Source: Arenicellales bacterium (GTDB lineage Bacteria > Pseudomonadota > Gammaproteobacteria > Arenicellales > JAANXG01). Taken from it: DNA of 64,000 nucleotides. The stretch is taken from contig OZ244194.1 in the NCBI GenBank assembly GCA_965216665.1, positions 2,232,368 through 2,296,367 of the forward strand. Reading direction: 5' to 3'. The translations under genes were made by a program, and so were the position numbers. Positions 33,911 to 43,464 of this stretch are shown here, in pieces; the first letter of the stretch is position 1, and each line of letters opens with the position of its first letter. Under the pieces are notes generated by a model. That model was not told the origin of the DNA. It did not search any database and saw only the letters and a program-made list of their open reading frames with translations.

Positions 33911-34673
33911 GATCCTCTCCGGAGCTTGCCGGATACAGGGCTTGCCGGATCTCCGACCACAACAGGCGAAACGCGTGCGCGGCGGCGCCACGCGGGGCAA
34001 ACACGTCGACCGCGGCGCGCTGCGGGCCCATGCGCTCCACGTCCGCGGCGTACGGAACGAAACTGCGTAATACGCCGTCGGTGCGCTGCGGCAGGGTTTC
34101 CATTATTTCGCGATGCAATCGCTTGCGGCGATCTACCATGGAGAAAAACGGCAATACACGCAGATCCGCGTCGCGCGAACCGTACAGAAATTCGCGTAAC
34201 TGCCGCAAGGTACGCAGCGACAACGTCGTCGGAATGGTGGGGACCAACAGAGCGTCCGCGGCGCGAAACACGTTTTCCGAGACCAGCGAAATACTCGGTG
34301 CACAGTCCAAAAACACGTAGTCGTACTCGTCCTTGAGGGGCTTTAAGAGACTGCGCATATGTTTCTTGCGTTTCGTCTGGTCGTCGAGCACCAAATCCAG
34401 GTTGCGATGAGAAAAATCCGCGGGAACCAAATCGAGATTCGGATAGTCGGTGGCCTTGATGCGCCGCCTCAAGCCGTGCTTGTGCTCCAGCAGGCCCTCG
34501 CTCCCGCCTTTGAGTTTGGGTTTGATACGAAAGTAATAGGAGGCAGCGCCCTGCGGATCGAGATCCCAAACCAACGTGCGGGTACCCCCGAGCGCACTCA
34601 GATAGGCCAGATTCACCGCCGCCGCGGTCTTGCCGACACCGCCCTTGATGTTGTAAATCGCGAGTACTTTCAT
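33903..34673 (-). CDS. orphan ParA/MinD-family ATPase (deviant Walker A)
   Basis: MKVLAIYNIKGGVGKTAAAVNLAYL, ...YVFLDCAPS.... No ParB-like gene is adjacent. Confidence 0.85.
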   Translation of the reverse strand: MKVLAIYNIKGGVGKTAAAVNLAYLSALGGTRTLVWDLDPQGAASYYFRIKPKLKGGSEGLLEHKHGLRRRIKATDYPNLDLVPADFSHRNLDLVLDDQTKRKKHMRSLLKPLKDEYDYVFLDCAPSISLVSENVFRAADALLVPTIPTTLSLRTLRQLREFLYGSRDADLRVLPFFSMVDRRKRLHREIMETLPQRTDGVLRSFVPYAADVERMGPQRAAVDVFAPRGAAAHAFRLLWSEIRQALYPASSGEDHG

Positions 34674-36214
34674 GTCTTGAACAGTTTCTTGAACGCACCG
34701 TGATGAGCGGTGAAACCGGCGAACCGGTCCGCGAACTCGGCGCGCGTAGCGTGCTGCGCGGTGCGCAGGCGTTCGACCAGTTGGCCGATTTCCATCAGCA
34801 CCTCCACGTCGTTACCGTTCTGGGCCGCCAGTGCACGGCCGATGCGACGCAGGTTTTGCTGCTGTACGCTCTGGTCCTGAAACGTGCCGAGATAGTCTTG
34901 CAGGCGGCGCAGATCCTTGATGCGTCGCGCCATGCGGCGCTTAGGATACAGGTTTTGGTAGGCTTCCATAACGTATCGCAGCTTCTTGCACGTCTTGCGC
35001 AGATCGTGCAGCGCCTCGTCGCCAGACGTCGCGTTTACCGACCGCCCGTCACGCAGCACGCGGCGATACAGCCGGTAGATGCGCCGGCTCGCAAACTCTC
35101 GCGCCGGCGCTTCCGCCTGCGCGCCTTTACCGTCTGTCGCCGCGTCGAGGAACGTCGACCACCGGTGCATCAGGTTGCGGTACCGGGTGCCGGCCAGCGC
35201 CCGCTTCAGATCCGCTCGTGCGGTGTCCCGTTGACGGCGTAAATAACGGACCAACGGCGCCAAGCGCTGGTCCTGCGTCGCGGCAAATTCGAGACACTGG
35301 ACGTCCAGATCCCGTGCATCGCTGGTTTCACCGGCCAACCAACGGAACTCGTCGCGAAACGGTTGCAGCGCGTCGTCGGCGAACAACCCGGCCGACTGCG
35401 CCAGCAGGGCGCGCGTACGCCGGATCGCCACGCGAAAATCGTGCAGATACTCCGGGTCCGCACCGGCCACGGTTCCGGCTTCGTTCCACTGCATCACACG
35501 CGCCAAGTGTCTCAGCACCGCGACCGTCGCCTGTTGGGCGGTCTGACCGGTGTCCAGCGGCACCTCCAATTTCGGCGAGTAGTCCCCGGGAGCGCGGTCC
35601 GCCTTCGCCAGCGCCGCACCCAGCATATCCAGCTCGCTTTCCTCGGCACCGCTCGCCTGCAGCACCGCGGCGACCCGCGCGGTAGCGCGCGGATAACCGC
35701 GTAACGGGGTGAGCACCACGCGCGTTTCGAGCGCGCCGCGCCGGCGTCTACCGATCCAAACTTGCGGCGCTCCCTTTTCGAGCCGGGCGAGGGTTTTGCC
35801 CTGGTCGTCCAGCACCGACACCGAAATAATCGGGCCGCGCAGTTCGCATACTGCACACAACTCACGCGGTTCGATGAGCGCCGCCAGCCGGCGACCCAAG
35901 GGCTCCGGCAACGACGCGGCATCGCTCGGCGCGGCGTCCACCGCAAGCGACAGGTGCGCGCCGCTGCGCGTATCGAGCCAGACCAACCGTCGTCCGCCTC
36001 GGCGCCCGTAACGTTCGCCGGTGAGGAGGTGACCGGCGCGAAACAGGCGCCAGTCGAAGGTGTCGTAAAAGGTACGGACGATGGAACGCGGCGCATTAAC
36101 GTCGACGCGAAAAACGCCACGCAGCGTGGTCAGGCACCGCTCCCAGGTGGCGTCATCTGGAAGCCGAAGCTCGCGTGCGCGGTAATTCCCGAGCACTCCC
36201 CGTATGCCCCCCAT
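34670..36214 (-). CDS. CYTH-like (degenerate) / CHAD domain protein
   Basis: CHAD repeats LHDFRVAIRRTRALL and LHDLRKTCKKLRYVMEAY. The N-terminal ~200 aa are CYTH-like, but ExExK is replaced by RELRL. I set the start at ATG 36214 (TGATG overlap with the MFS stop). Confidence 0.8.
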   Translation of the reverse strand: MGGIRGVLGNYRARELRLPDDATWERCLTTLRGVFRVDVNAPRSIVRTFYDTFDWRLFRAGHLLTGERYGRRGGRRLVWLDTRSGAHLSLAVDAAPSDAASLPEPLGRRLAALIEPRELCAVCELRGPIISVSVLDDQGKTLARLEKGAPQVWIGRRRRGALETRVVLTPLRGYPRATARVAAVLQASGAEESELDMLGAALAKADRAPGDYSPKLEVPLDTGQTAQQATVAVLRHLARVMQWNEAGTVAGADPEYLHDFRVAIRRTRALLAQSAGLFADDALQPFRDEFRWLAGETSDARDLDVQCLEFAATQDQRLAPLVRYLRRQRDTARADLKRALAGTRYRNLMHRWSTFLDAATDGKGAQAEAPAREFASRRIYRLYRRVLRDGRSVNATSGDEALHDLRKTCKKLRYVMEAYQNLYPKRRMARRIKDLRRLQDYLGTFQDQSVQQQNLRRIGRALAAQNGNDVEVLMEIGQLVERLRTAQHATRAEFADRFAGFTAHHGAFKKLFKT

Positions 36215-37419
36215 CAATCCGCGACGGTGGCGATATCCGCACGGGTCTCGAGTCTTGCGGACGGCAGCCAGGCCGCCATGACGACTGCCGTCAGCGCGAC
36301 ACCAGCGAGCAGTGCGAACACCCAGTAGAATCCGCCGGTGGTTTCGGTGATCTTGGCGACCAATAACACACCCAGCGGCGCAGCGCCGAAGGTCAGTACG
36401 AACTTGACGCCAAACGCGAGTCCGTGCCGCCGGTCCGGCGTATAGCGCGCGAGCAGCATCACCTCGGCCGGCAATGCGCCGACGCTGGCCATTACCATCA
36501 GCGCCGCCACCATCAGCAGCGGTAACCCACTGAAACCCGCCGCCAGCCACAACAGAGGCACCTGCAGCAGTATGGCACCGACATACACCCGTTTGAGGGG
36601 AAATCGATCGGCCAGATACCCACCCCCCATCTGCATGAAAGCAGCAGCGGTGTACACCGCGGCAACCAGCAATCCGACCCCCAGCGTGCCGTCACCCGCC
36701 AGGCCCTCGTGCCTCAGCGCGAAGGTTTTCGGCAGCGCGGTCTGGGTGGTCTGAAAAATCAGCCCACCGCAGAACATGGTAACCAACAGTATCGCGAACA
36801 CCCGCACGAGATCGGCGCGCGAGTGGACCTCCGCAGGCTGTGCGTCGGTGGCGCGGTCGGCAACCCATCCCTTGTGAACGTAGACGAGTAGCGCCGCGCC
36901 GGTGGCCACACAAATCACGCCCGGTACGATAAAGGCCGCGCGCCAGTGAATCAGGTCGATCAGCGCGCCCGCCGTGACCCCCGCGAGAGCGGCGCCCAGC
37001 GTGCCGAAGATACCGTTAACCCCCAGCGCCTTTCCACGCCCGGCGCCGGCGTTGCGCACCAGCCACGGAATCCCCACCGGGTGGTAGATGGCGGCAAATA
37101 CACCCAGGCCGGTGAGCGCCAGCATCAAACTGACGGTGGATTCGGTCAAACCGGCCGCTATCGAACACAGCCCTAATCCGAAGAAGAACACCACCATCAT
37201 GCCCGGTGCACCGAACCGGTCGCTCAGCACACCGGCGGGCAGCGCCGCGACGCCGACCATTAACGCACCCAAGGTCCACAGTTCTATCAACTCGTGGTAC
37301 GGCAACTGCCAGTCGCGCTCCAATGCGAGCACGATGACGAAATAAAACGCCGTACACAGGTGAATGTACAAGTGGCCGAGGCACGAGAATACGACGGTGG
37401 CGGTGGGCAGGCGCGTCAT
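36214..37419 (-). CDS. MFS transporter
   Basis: 401 aa with about 12 TM segments and ...LPAGVLSDRFG... (an MFS loop 2-3-type motif). Confidence 0.85.
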   Translation of the reverse strand: MTRLPTATVVFSCLGHLYIHLCTAFYFVIVLALERDWQLPYHELIELWTLGALMVGVAALPAGVLSDRFGAPGMMVVFFFGLGLCSIAAGLTESTVSLMLALTGLGVFAAIYHPVGIPWLVRNAGAGRGKALGVNGIFGTLGAALAGVTAGALIDLIHWRAAFIVPGVICVATGAALLVYVHKGWVADRATDAQPAEVHSRADLVRVFAILLVTMFCGGLIFQTTQTALPKTFALRHEGLAGDGTLGVGLLVAAVYTAAAFMQMGGGYLADRFPLKRVYVGAILLQVPLLWLAAGFSGLPLLMVAALMVMASVGALPAEVMLLARYTPDRRHGLAFGVKFVLTFGAAPLGVLLVAKITETTGGFYWVFALLAGVALTAVVMAAWLPSARLETRADIATVAD

Positions 37420-37487
37420 GGGTTACATAGGTAACAAGAAAACCTGGGCACGGCAACCGATCTGCCGCGATTTCCCACCGACTTATG

Positions 37488-38537
37488 TCAACGCCAGATA
37501 TCCACGTCCCTACCCTGTTCGCGAATGTGTTCGGCACGCGCCGATATATAGCGCTGGAAACTGGGCTGCTCCCGATAAGCGGCCGACCGCACGTAGTCGA
37601 AAATAGACTGGGTGTGAAAGATCTTGAAAAAGGCCTCGCTGCGGATCACCTCGATACCGTCGTCGAACAAGACAATGGTCGGCGCATATTTCACGTCGAG
37701 CTCGCGCGCCCAGTCCCGCGCGGTGGTGTGCTCACCGGACGGAGTGACGAGCGGTGTTTTCGACCACATGTCGAGCTGCACGCTGTGGAAAGCGGTCACG
37801 ATGGTCCGGGTTTCCGGGTCGGTGAGTACGTATTCGTGAAGACTGTCACAGTTGGGACACTGGGTTTGTTCGAAAAACACCGCCACCGGCCGCCCGTCGG
37901 GCGGGGCCGATAAATCAAACGGCGGCGGCGTGAAGAAATCTTCGCGGTGCAATGCGCCGGCGTCGGCAGCCGGGGCCTGTTTCTCCAGAAACTCCCGGTA
38001 GGTCAGATCCTGCTCCATGCGCCCGGTCACGTAGTCCAAGGCCAACTTGAACCGGGTCGGCGGCAGATAACCGTCAACCCGCAGCGCCACACCGCCCTGC
38101 TCGTTGAAGAACAGCAAGGTCGGTGTGAACTGGACTCTGAGTGCGCGCGCGAACTGCTTCTCGGTGTAGGCCTGCCCGTCGACACTCACCACCTCGCGGT
38201 CCCCCCACATGTTCAAGGCCACGACGTCGAACTTGGCGCGCACTTGCTCTTCGATGTCCTTCTGGGAAAGATTCCGCTCCACCAATGCATTGCAGTACGG
38301 GCACCCGTCCTGATGGAACAGAACCAATACGCGCTTGCCCCGGTCGCCCGCCTCGCGTACGTCTTCGGCGAAATCGAGAAAACTCTCTTTGAACCAGGAG
38401 GGATATTCGGTGGGCTTGGCACCCAGAAACCGGCCGGTTGGGGGCTTAGGGGTGGTTTCGGCGTACGCGACGGCTGCCGGCGCGACAAGCGCCCAGGCGA
38501 ATCCCAGCAACAACAAGATCGAACGTACCGGATGCAT
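37488..38537 (-). CDS. periplasmic double thioredoxin-fold protein (SoxW-like)
   Basis: Signal peptide MHPVRSILLLLGFAWALVAPAAVAYA. Two Trx-like halves with CPYC and CPNC. Confidence 0.7.
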   Translation of the reverse strand: MHPVRSILLLLGFAWALVAPAAVAYAETTPKPPTGRFLGAKPTEYPSWFKESFLDFAEDVREAGDRGKRVLVLFHQDGCPYCNALVERNLSQKDIEEQVRAKFDVVALNMWGDREVVSVDGQAYTEKQFARALRVQFTPTLLFFNEQGGVALRVDGYLPPTRFKLALDYVTGRMEQDLTYREFLEKQAPAADAGALHREDFFTPPPFDLSAPPDGRPVAVFFEQTQCPNCDSLHEYVLTDPETRTIVTAFHSVQLDMWSKTPLVTPSGEHTTARDWARELDVKYAPTIVLFDDGIEVIRSEAFFKIFHTQSIFDYVRSAAYREQPSFQRYISARAEHIREQGRDVDIWR

Positions 38538-38648
38538 CAACACTCCCCCGCCGGTGGCGGCGTGCACACCGGAGTGTAATTCGCAATCTGGGCGCCGACT
38601 ACCCACCATGCGGGATAACCGCACGGCGGGCCGTCTATGGCGAATCGT

Positions 38649-38915
38649 TCACACTGTGCAGCCCGGATGACCCTCCAGATAGTGGTCGAGAACGGTACGC
38701 AAATGCGCTATGTGCCGCGTGTGGCGTAGTGTCTCGGCGTGATGCATTTCGTCGGCGAGAATGTCGCAGATCCTCTGCTCCCCTTCACGCGTATGCAGCA
38801 AACTGTCGGCGAGCTCGATAGCGGCCAGTTCCGTAATACGCTCATGGTGGGCAATAACGCTGATTTCGTCTTCCGTGAGCCCGCAGTAAGCCAGGCAATC
38901 GCTGAACGTGAGCAT
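38649..38915 (-). CDS. hypothetical 88-aa His-rich protein
   Basis: MLTFSDCLAYCGLTEDEISVIAHHERITEL.... Strong GGAGGAGG SD before ATG 38915. Confidence 0.5.
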   Translation of the reverse strand: MLTFSDCLAYCGLTEDEISVIAHHERITELAAIELADSLLHTREGEQRICDILADEMHHAETLRHTRHIAHLRTVLDHYLEGHPGCTV

Positions 38916-39049
38916 GTTTCCTCCTCCGCGGTTCACCGTGTCCAACTGTAACCCCTGAACCACGATTCGATTTGACCACATTCGCGGTCCCCCGTTTCAC
39001 CACCGGTCGGAGAAACGCAAACGCAGGTCAGCGTCGCGCCGACCGCCGC

Positions 39050-39463
39050 TCAACCCACGCCGAACATCTTCTTGAGGTTGTCGAACCCCGCCTCATAAAT
39101 GCCCTGAATCGCTTTCATGGCGTCGGTTTCCGATGCACCGGCGGGTTCGAACGAACTCGACCATTCCACCTCACAACCGTCCCCGTCCGGACGCACGCGA
39201 ATTTCGGCCGTATAGCCCTCGACCGGGAGCGGACTTTCCAGTATCGAGTAGGCATACACATGCGCATCATCATCCGACGGCTGGAGACGTTCTACAATCT
39301 GACCGCCGCCCACCAGATGCAGACGCCGGATCGTCCCGCCCTCCTCCAATTCGCTTTTTTCCACGGCCGGATGCCAGTCCGGCAACGCATTGAATCCGCC
39401 GATCAGATTCCAGACTTTATCCGGGGCAACATTGAAATGAGACGACATTTTGACATTTGCCAT
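39050..39463 (-). CDS. SRPBCC-superfamily (polyketide cyclase/dehydrase-like) protein
   Basis: VAPDKVWNLIGGFNALPDWHPAVEKSELEEGG..R.L......IVERL is the typical pattern. Confidence 0.75.
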   Translation of the reverse strand: MANVKMSSHFNVAPDKVWNLIGGFNALPDWHPAVEKSELEEGGTIRRLHLVGGGQIVERLQPSDDDAHVYAYSILESPLPVEGYTAEIRVRPDGDGCEVEWSSSFEPAGASETDAMKAIQGIYEAGFDNLKKMFGVG

Positions 39464-39672
39464 GAGTTTCTCCTTCGGTTATGAAACGCCGTCCAAGCCG
39501 CAACGAGCGCTTGTGCCCGGCGACGGACGGCTCACAGATTACTGCAAATCCCGATCGCGCACCACGGACCCATCGGCGCCCGATCCGCCCGCCGCCGGGA
39601 TTTGCCTTGGAAAACGTCGAGCATTCTGAAAGAATCCCCCGCTCGTCGTCGCAAACTCATCCTTAGGAATCC

Positions 39673-40344
39673 GTGAAACGCCTAGTGTTGATCTTCTGTG
39701 TCTCGGCCGCGCTGTCCCCCGGGGCGCTGGCCGAGACCCGCTTCGTCACCGACCAGTTCAAGATTACCATGCGTTCCGGGCAAAGCACGTCGCACAAGGT
39801 GTTGCATATGCTGGAAAGCGGCACCGCGGTCGAAGTGCTAGACAGCAACGCGGATACCGGTTACAGCCAGGTACGCACCACCGACGGGCGCACCGGTTTC
39901 GTGCTGACGCGCATGCTGATGAGCGAACCGAGCGCGCGGAACCGTCTTCAGTCCGTCGAATCGCAGCTCGCGGAGCTCAAGCAGGAGCCGGAGAAGCTCG
40001 CCAGTAAGCTCACCACGCTGGAAGAGGAATACGAGACCCTGAAGACCGCTCATGCGCTGCTGCAAGAGGACAACAACGCGCTTGAGCAGGAACTGGAGAC
40101 GATCCAGAAAACCGCCCGGGACGCGGTCGCGATCGCCAAGGAACGCGAGGGATTACGCAAGCGAGTGGCCTCGCTGACCCGTCAGGCGGGCGAACTGAAG
40201 CTCGAAAACCAGGATTTGCGCAACCAGTCCGACAAGAAATGGTTTCTGACCGGCGGCGGTGTGCTGGTGGGCGGCATCCTGCTCGGGTTGATCCTACCGC
40301 GCCTGCGCGTGCGGCGGCGCCGCGATTCCTGGGGATCTTTCTAA
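39673..40344 (+). CDS. TIGR04211-type SH3 domain protein (YgiM-like: signal, SH3, coiled coil, C-terminal TM)
   Basis: Signal peptide. ...RFVTDQFKITMRSGQSTSHKVLHMLESGTAVEVL.... Coiled coil, then C-terminal WFLTGGGVLVGGILLGLILPRL. Confidence 0.8.
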   Translation: MKRLVLIFCVSAALSPGALAETRFVTDQFKITMRSGQSTSHKVLHMLESGTAVEVLDSNADTGYSQVRTTDGRTGFVLTRMLMSEPSARNRLQSVESQLAELKQEPEKLASKLTTLEEEYETLKTAHALLQEDNNALEQELETIQKTARDAVAIAKEREGLRKRVASLTRQAGELKLENQDLRNQSDKKWFLTGGGVLVGGILLGLILPRLRVRRRRDSWGSF

Positions 40345-40444
40345 AGCGCGCCGGCGGTGGGCAGAATGAGCCTTTCGGTTGCGAACCAACGCAGCGGCCA
40401 GGTTGCGGTATCATGACCGCCGAGCCGACGGCTGCGGTGCGACC

Positions 40445-40939
40445 GTGAAACAGAAAGTCCTGAGTGCATTTCCCGATGCCGCCCACGACCATGTGAGCTG
40501 CGTGCGCGATGCGATCGCTGCGGCGGAGTCGGTATGCGGTCTACACCGGGCGCGTCTCACGCCGTTGCGAAAAGCGGTCCTGGGGTTGATCTGGGGCAGC
40601 CACAGCCCGGTCGGCGCCTACGACATCCTCGAGCAGCTACGCGCCGAACGGGAACGGGTGGCGCCGGCCACGGTATACCGAGCGCTCGATTTCCTGATCG
40701 AATACGGATTGATTCACAAGATCGAATCCTTGAACGCATTTGTCGGCTGCGGCGACCCACGTATTCCCCATAGCGGCCAGTTCATGATCTGTAAACGCTG
40801 TCAGAGCGTGGCCGAGCTAGCCGACCCGGAGATCGATCTCGCCGTGGAACGGCGCGCACGCAGCCTGGGTTTCGCCGTCGATCGTCAAACGGTCGAGGTG
40901 ATCGGCGTGTGCGGGGCATGCGCCGGGGCCAGCGACTGA
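40445..40939 (+). CDS. zur: Fur-family regulator, probably Zur
   Basis: ...RLTPLRKAVLGLIW....PVGAYDILEQL...ATVYRALDFL...H, CKRCQ and CGAC pairs. I chose GTG 40445; the ORF opens at 40379. Confidence 0.6.
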   Translation: MKQKVLSAFPDAAHDHVSCVRDAIAAAESVCGLHRARLTPLRKAVLGLIWGSHSPVGAYDILEQLRAERERVAPATVYRALDFLIEYGLIHKIESLNAFVGCGDPRIPHSGQFMICKRCQSVAELADPEIDLAVERRARSLGFAVDRQTVEVIGVCGACAGASD

Positions 40940-40948
40940 CTGTACTAC

Positions 40949-42136
40949 CTAGCCGTTGGCGCTCTGGTAGTACTCCATCAAGATGTGCGCCACTTCCGGC
41001 CGGGAGAACTCGGGCGGGGGTGCGATTCCCTGGCCCAGCATCTCCCGCACTTTGGTCCCCGACAACAGCACGAAATCCTCTTTGCTGTGATCCGGCGCGT
41101 CGCGCATCATCACGACCCGGCCCAGTTTCTTTGAATAGGCAGTGTGATCGGCACGAAAAATCTCGATTTCCAGCGCGCCGGCCGGCACCTCTTCGTCGAA
41201 TATCGTCTGTGCGTCGAAAGCCCCGTAATAATCGCCTACCCCGGCGTGATCGCGGCCCACGATGAAATGCGTCGCGCCCATGTTCTGGCGAAATATGGCG
41301 TGCAGCACCGCTTCGCGAGGGCCGGCGTACAGCATGTCGAATCCGTAGCCGGTGATGAGCACCGAATTGGGCGGGAAATAGAGCTCAACCATCTTGCGGA
41401 TGGCGGCGTCTCGCACCGGGGCCGGAATATCGCCTGGTTTGAGCTTGCCGAGCAACATGTGCACCACGCAGCCGTCGGCGCCGACCGCCTCCATCGCCAT
41501 TTTGCACAACTCCTCGTGGGCACGGTGCATGGGATTCCGGGTTTGGAACGCCACAACCCGTTCCCAACCGCGTGCAGCGATCTCTGCGCGGATCTGCCCG
41601 GCGGTACGAAACGTCCCCGGGAAATCATCGGCGAAGTAACTGAAATTCAAAACCCGCAACGAGCCCGACAATGCCGTGCGGCCGTGTCCGAGAAACGTCG
41701 CTACCCCGGGATGTTTGGGGTCCAGAGTACGGTAGACTTTCTCAGCGACGAACTCCATCTCTTCCTGGCTGAATTCGTCCACCCCTTCGATGTCCATGAC
41801 GGCGAGTACCGGATGTCCGTCCACGTTCGGGTCACGTAATGCGATCCGTGTTCCGGGCGAAAAATCGCCGCCGTCCACCATATTCAATATCGGCACCGGC
41901 CAGAACAAACCACTCTTCGTGCGCATGTCCTGAGCTACCGCCAAGGCATCTTCCCGGTCCATGTAGCCGCCAAGCGGATTGAAGTATCCGGCGCCGAGCA
42001 TCACTGCGTTCGACGCCGCCGCCGAGCTGAGTAACGCCGATGGCATGTTTTGCGCGTCGCGCTCAAGTTCGGCGCGTTCTTCGTTGTCGTCTATGTACAA
42101 TGCCTGCAACGTGTCTGAACCATGCGGTCTTATCAT
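40949..42136 (-). CDS. sat: sulfate adenylyltransferase (ATP sulfurylase)
   Basis: VAFQTRNPMHRAHEEL and VGRDHAGVG motifs. GGAG SD before ATG 42136. Confidence 0.9.
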   Translation of the reverse strand: MIRPHGSDTLQALYIDDNEERAELERDAQNMPSALLSSAAASNAVMLGAGYFNPLGGYMDREDALAVAQDMRTKSGLFWPVPILNMVDGGDFSPGTRIALRDPNVDGHPVLAVMDIEGVDEFSQEEMEFVAEKVYRTLDPKHPGVATFLGHGRTALSGSLRVLNFSYFADDFPGTFRTAGQIRAEIAARGWERVVAFQTRNPMHRAHEELCKMAMEAVGADGCVVHMLLGKLKPGDIPAPVRDAAIRKMVELYFPPNSVLITGYGFDMLYAGPREAVLHAIFRQNMGATHFIVGRDHAGVGDYYGAFDAQTIFDEEVPAGALEIEIFRADHTAYSKKLGRVVMMRDAPDHSKEDFVLLSGTKVREMLGQGIAPPPEFSRPEVAHILMEYYQSANG

Positions 42137-42280
42137 TAATCGACTCCTCAAGCCTCCCAGTCACTATGTTACGACGCCATCGGCGTGTCCGCCGCCCTCA
42201 CGATACTCAAAGCCGGTGGGCGACGACAATTCCGCTGCGCCAAAAATTTTCAATCGAGCGATAAGTATCGTTACGCGGGC

Positions 42281-43357
42281 TTACGAAGCCGCGGCGGGCT
42301 GTCGGAGCGCGCGGCGAGCGCGCACTGCCTCGGCGAGCGTGTCCAGCAGGGCCGCGCTTTCATCCCAGCCCAGGCACGCATCCGTGATGCTTTGCCCGTA
42401 GGTGAGAATTCTCCCGGACACGACATCCTGCCGACCCCCCACCAGATGACTCTCGATCATGACACCGATAATCCGCCGGTCGCCGGCGCTGATCTGATGG
42501 CCTACCGTCTTGCCGACCTCCACCTGCCGGTTGGGTTGCTTGCGACTGTTGGCATGACTGAAATCGATCATCACGCGCGGATCCAGCCCCGCGTCGGTAA
42601 GCACCGTCGCGGCCTCTTCGACGCTTGGCGCATCGTAATTGGTGTCATTACCGCCGCGCAGGATAACATGGCAGTCCTCATTGCCCGCGGTCGCAAAAAT
42701 CGCGGAGCGACCCTCTTTGGTGACCGACAGAAAATGATGCGGGTTTCGTGCGGCTCCGATCGCGTCCACTGCAATCTTCAGGTTTCCGTCGGTGCCATTC
42801 TTGAATCCCACTGGGCACGACAAGCCCGAAGCCAGTTCGCGGTGGCATTGACTTTCGGTGGTACGCGCCCCGATCGCGCCCCAACTGATGAGATCGGCGA
42901 CGTACTGCGGCGTAATGAGATCCAGGTATTCGGTTCCCGCCGGGACACCCATGGCGTTTAGGTCCAATAACAGTTCCCGCGCCAGACGAATCCCTTTGTT
43001 GATATGGAAGCTCGAATCGAGGTCGGGATCGTTGATCAAGCCTTTCCAGCCCACCGTGGTGCGCGGCTTTTCGAAATACACGCGCATGACGATAAACAGG
43101 TCCGCACCCAGCGTGTCGCGTACCGCGCTGAGTCGCGCGGCGTACTCCCGCGCGGCTTCCGGGTCGTGGATCGAACACGGACCGATCACCACCAACAGTC
43201 GGTCGTCGCGCCCGCGCAGGATTTCATGAATCACCGCGCGCGCGCGCGCGGTCGTTTCGGCGGCCTCGTCAGTGATCGGATATTGCTCGTGAACCTGGGC
43301 GGGGGACACGAGTTCCTTGATCTGCTCGATGCGAAGATCGTCGGTTTGAAAAGTCAT
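42281..43357 (-). CDS. 3-deoxy-7-phosphoheptulonate (DAHP) synthase, class I
   Basis: LLVVIGPCSIHDPEAAREYA...EKPRTTVGWKGLINDP.... Confidence 0.9.
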   Translation of the reverse strand: MTFQTDDLRIEQIKELVSPAQVHEQYPITDEAAETTARARAVIHEILRGRDDRLLVVIGPCSIHDPEAAREYAARLSAVRDTLGADLFIVMRVYFEKPRTTVGWKGLINDPDLDSSFHINKGIRLARELLLDLNAMGVPAGTEYLDLITPQYVADLISWGAIGARTTESQCHRELASGLSCPVGFKNGTDGNLKIAVDAIGAARNPHHFLSVTKEGRSAIFATAGNEDCHVILRGGNDTNYDAPSVEEAATVLTDAGLDPRVMIDFSHANSRKQPNRQVEVGKTVGHQISAGDRRIIGVMIESHLVGGRQDVVSGRILTYGQSITDACLGWDESAALLDTLAEAVRARRALRQPAAAS

Positions 43358-43464
43358 GTTTGCTCGCTAAATACGTCAACAAAATGAAGAGATTGAGCGA
43401 ATTTTACTAGAAACCGAGACGTCTATTCGAGAAAACCGTTCGATTTGACGTAAAATGGGGAAAT

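Noticed and set aside
34670-36550. 626-aa version of the CHAD ORF with a 112-aa N-terminal extension.
   Set aside because: The extension is Arg/Gly-rich and lies entirely inside the 3' end of the MFS gene in another frame. ATG 36214 forms a TGATG junction with the MFS stop.
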